From: Bdellovibrionota bacterium
GTDB lineage: Bacteria; Bdellovibrionota_C; UBA2361
NCBI GenBank assembly: GCA_044352465.1
Contig: JBILDU010000101.1
Location: 1-10,458 of the forward strand
Direction: 5' to 3'
Length of the DNA stretch: 10,458 nt
Shown here: positions 8,618 through 10,458 of the stretch, piece by piece
Layout of the letters: each line of letters begins with the position of its first letter
Numbering within the stretch: position 1 is the first letter of the stretch
The notes under the pieces: model-generated
Databases searched by the model: none
Told to the model about the DNA's origin: nothing
What the model saw: the letters and a program-made list of their open reading frames with translations, nothing else
Made by a program: the position numbers and the translations under genes

Positions 8618-8847
8618 TGCGGAGAGAGGGGGATTCAACCGCCTCCTTTTAGTCGGCGGGTTCGAATCCCCAAACTGAATCTGAAATAGAAACCGGCGGA
8701 GAGAGGGGGATTCAACCGCCTCCTTTTAGTCGGCGGGTTCGAATCCCCAAACTGAATCTGAAATAGAAACTGGCGGAGAGAGGGGGATTCAACCGCCTCC
8801 TTTTAGTCGGCGGGTTCGAATCCCCAAACTGAATCTGAAATAGAAAC
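8618..8847 (-). repeat. tRNA-linked tandem array A: 3 x ~77 bp directly 3' of tRNA-Ser(GGA)
   Basis: Minus-strand unit: GTTTCTATTTCAGATTCAGTTTGGGGATTCGAACCCGCCGACTAAAAGGAGGCGGTTGAATCCCCCTCTCTCCGCCA. Copies lie at 8771-8847, 8694-8770 and 8618-8693. The last 20 nt equal the 3' end of tRNA-Ser(GGA). Confidence 0.95.
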
Positions 8848-8937
8848 TGGCGGAGAGAGGGGGATTCGAACCCCCGATAGGTGTTACCCTATACACGCTT
8901 TCCAAGCGTGCGCCTTCAGCCACTCGGCCATCTCTCC
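8848..8937 (-). tRNA. tRNA-Ser(GGA)
   Basis: GGAGAGATGGCCGAGTGGCTGAAGGCG-CACGC TT GGA AA GCGTG-long variable arm-GGGGGTTCGAATCCCCC-TCTCTCC-GCCA, 90 nt. Confidence 0.97.
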
Positions 8938-9059
8938 GGAACTTGTTAAATGTCTCAGACGAGAGATTTAATAAATTTCGGTGGGTATCTTCTGACTAAC
9001 GTCGCAAGTCCTGACCGAGCCCTCCATTCGACTCGCTCACCTCGTTCGCGGGCGCGATA

Positions 9060-9152
9060 TGGCGGAGAGAGGGGGATTCGAACCCCCGATACGGCTTTTG
9101 ACCGTATAACGATTTAGCAAACCGCCGCCTTCAGCCACTCGGCCATCTCTCC
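9060..9152 (-). tRNA. tRNA-Ser(GCT)
   Basis: Anticodon arm GCGGT TT GCT AA ATCGT, long variable arm, GGTTCGAATC, encoded CCA, 93 nt. Confidence 0.96.
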
Positions 9153-9218
9153 GGATTGCGTGGGAAGGGTGATTAAGATCACCTTCCCTATGGGTCTCTA
9201 ACGCGCTCGGTCGTTAAG

Positions 9219-9308
9219 TGGCGGAAGGAGAGGGATTCGAACCCCCGGACCCGTTTCCGAGTCTCTGGTTTTCAAGACCAGTGCCTTCAACCACTCGGCC
9301 ATCCTTCC
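9219..9308 (-). tRNA. tRNA-Ser(TGA)
   Basis: GGAAGGATGGCCGAGTGG..., anticodon arm CTGGT CT TGA AA ACCAG, long variable arm, encoded CCA, 90 nt. Confidence 0.97.
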
Positions 9309-9353
9309 GAATTTACAGGCCAAACACGTACCCATCCGGCAATTTAGGGGGTA

Positions 9354-9383
9354 AGACTAACGTAAGACCCTAATTATTTGCAA
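9354..9383 (-). promoter_or_regulatory. Putative sigma70 promoter for the Ser(TGA)-Ser(GCT)-Ser(GGA) tRNA operon
   Basis: Minus strand TTGCAA-18 nt-TAGTCT, ~45 nt upstream of tRNA-Ser(TGA), in an AT-rich divergent intergenic region. Confidence 0.55.
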
Positions 9384-9402
9384 CAATTCGATTAAGCAAA
9401 TT

Positions 9403-9431
9403 TTGCCTTCAAGCGGAGGATCTGCTACTTA
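9403..9431 (+). promoter_or_regulatory. Possible sigma70 promoter for tRNA-Arg(ACG)-tadA
   Basis: TTGCCT-17 nt-TACTTA with TGn preceding the -10. The -10 is imperfect. Confidence 0.35.
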
Positions 9432-9449
9432 TATCCGCTCGGAAACGGG

Positions 9450-9526
9450 GCACCCTTAGCTCAGCTGGATAGAGCGTCTGGCTACGAACCAGAAGGTCAG
9501 GAGTTCGAATCTCTTAGGGTGCGCCA
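9450..9526 (+). tRNA. tRNA-Arg(ACG)
   Basis: GCACCCTTAGCTCAGCTGGATAGAGCG-TCTGG CT ACG AA CCAGA-AGGTC-AGGAGTTCGAATCTCTT-AGGGTGC-GCCA, 77 nt. Confidence 0.97.
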
Positions 9527-9561
9527 CTTTCTCTTAAGTAAGCCGACCTAAAGCGGATAAG

Positions 9562-10029
9562 GTGAAGATCGAAGCGAAATTCATCGACACGCTGATGGAA
9601 ATCGCCCTTGAGGAAGCGAATCTGGCCCAAAAATCGGGCGAGGTTCCTATCGGAGCGGTTTTGGGCCTGAGAGGGAAAGTCATCGCTCGCGCCCATAACG
9701 AGATGGAGCGGCAGCGAAACGCGACAGCACACGCAGAGGTTTTAGCGATCGGACGGGGAGGTGAGCTCCTCGGCGGTTGGCGCCTTAACGACGCGGTGCT
9801 GTGTGTCACGGTTGAACCGTGCACGATGTGTGCGGGAGCGATAAGTCTCTCCCGAATCGGAACGGTCGTGTTCGGTGTAGCGGACCCACGCTTAGGAGCG
9901 TACGGTTCCCTCTATGACATCTCCCAAGATGAGCGACTCGGCGCTACGCCCCGAGTCATCTCGGGAGTGCGGGAGAATGAATGTCGCGGATTGATGCAGA
10001 GGTTTTTTTCGGAGCGCCGCGCTAGGTAA
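9562..10029 (+). CDS. tadA: tRNA adenosine(34) deaminase TadA
   Basis: MEIALEEA...GEVPIGAV, AHAEVLAI, GGWRLND, TVEPCTMCAGAI (Zn-binding HxE and PCxxC). GTG start, adjacent to its substrate tRNA-Arg(ACG). Confidence 0.95.
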   Translation: MKIEAKFIDTLMEIALEEANLAQKSGEVPIGAVLGLRGKVIARAHNEMERQRNATAHAEVLAIGRGGELLGGWRLNDAVLCVTVEPCTMCAGAISLSRIGTVVFGVADPRLGAYGSLYDISQDERLGATPRVISGVRENECRGLMQRFFSERRAR

Positions 10030-10147
10030 ATCATAGCGGTCGTTACCGCGACGGTGCGAAGCTCTCTCGGTTCATGAAACCGAAGGTTCTTGCAATCGGT
10101 TCCAACGTGATTGAGGAAGTTCTCTCTAAGAGACCTTCCCCATCCAC

Positions 10148-10237
10148 GGAGAGGTGGCCGAGTGGCTGAAGGCGCCTGATTCGAAATCAGGTATAGGGTA
10201 ACACCTATCGGGGGTTCGAATCCCCCCTTCTCCGCCA
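10148..10237 (+). tRNA. tRNA-Ser(CGA)
   Basis: GGAGAGGTGGCCGAGTGGCTGAAGGCG-CCTGA TT CGA AA TCAGG-long variable arm-GGGGGTTCGAATCCCCC-CTTCTCC-GCCA, 90 nt. Confidence 0.97.
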
Positions 10238-10458
10238 GTTTCTATTTAAGATTCAGTTTGGGGATTCGAACCCGCCGACTAAAAGGAGGCGGTCGCAATC
10301 CCCCCTTCTCCGCCAGTTTCTATTTAAGATTCAGTTTGGGGATTCGAACCCGCCGACTAAAAGGAGGCGGTCGCAATCCCCCCTTCTCCGCCAGTTTCTA
10401 TTTAAGATTCAGTTTGGGGATTCGAACCCGCCGACTAAAAGGAGGCGGTCGCAATCCC
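10238..10458 (+). repeat. tRNA-linked tandem array B: at least 2.8 x 78 bp directly 3' of tRNA-Ser(CGA), running off the window
   Basis: Unit: GTTTCTATTTAAGATTCAGTTTGGGGATTCGAACCCGCCGACTAAAAGGAGGCGGTCGCAATCCCCCCTTCTCCGCCA. Copies lie at 10238-10315, 10316-10393 and 10394->10458. The last 19 nt equal the 3' end of tRNA-Ser(CGA). Confidence 0.95.

Noticed and set aside
8694..8800. Peptide translated from the AAGGAGG in the repeats
   Set aside because: The only candidate start (TTG in array A) is 3 nt from the SD and is absent in array B (TCG).
8618..8847. CRISPR array interpretation of the tandem repeats (also 10238-10458)
   Set aside because: Units are identical head-to-tail with no unique spacers, are tRNA-derived, and no cas genes are present.
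8947..9188. Spacer hairpins at 8947-8970 and 9162-9188
   Set aside because: They are ordinary stem-loops in tRNA operon spacers, unrelated in sequence to the array core and without U-tracts.
10238..10458. Repeat units as extra tRNA genes or pseudo-tRNAs
   Set aside because: Despite GTTCGAAT (antisense) and CCA ends, there is no D-arm, anticodon arm or 5' acceptor strand at the unit start.

Overview
Bacterial chromosomal window, mostly housekeeping genes. It carries a 5'-truncated UvrD/PcrA helicase, a YbjN-like protein, rlmH, a stand-alone flgM with its own terminator, an NdvB-like GH17+GT2 glucan enzyme, a SLOG-like protein and an orphan hypothetical. It ends in a divergent tRNA cluster holding all four tRNA-Ser isoacceptors (GGA, GCT, TGA, CGA), tRNA-Arg(ACG) and tadA. 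The most unusual feature is a pair of tandem arrays of tRNA-sized (77/78 bp) units lying immediately 3' of tRNA-Ser(GGA) (minus strand) and tRNA-Ser(CGA) (plus strand). The arrays share a near-identical ~56 nt core, but each unit ends in the last 19-20 nt of its own host tRNA. The core holds a 14-nt exact antisense of the tRNA T-arm and a hairpin with AAGGAGG at the loop. No integrase, RT or Cas gene is visible in the window. All calls are by eye; no searches were run.
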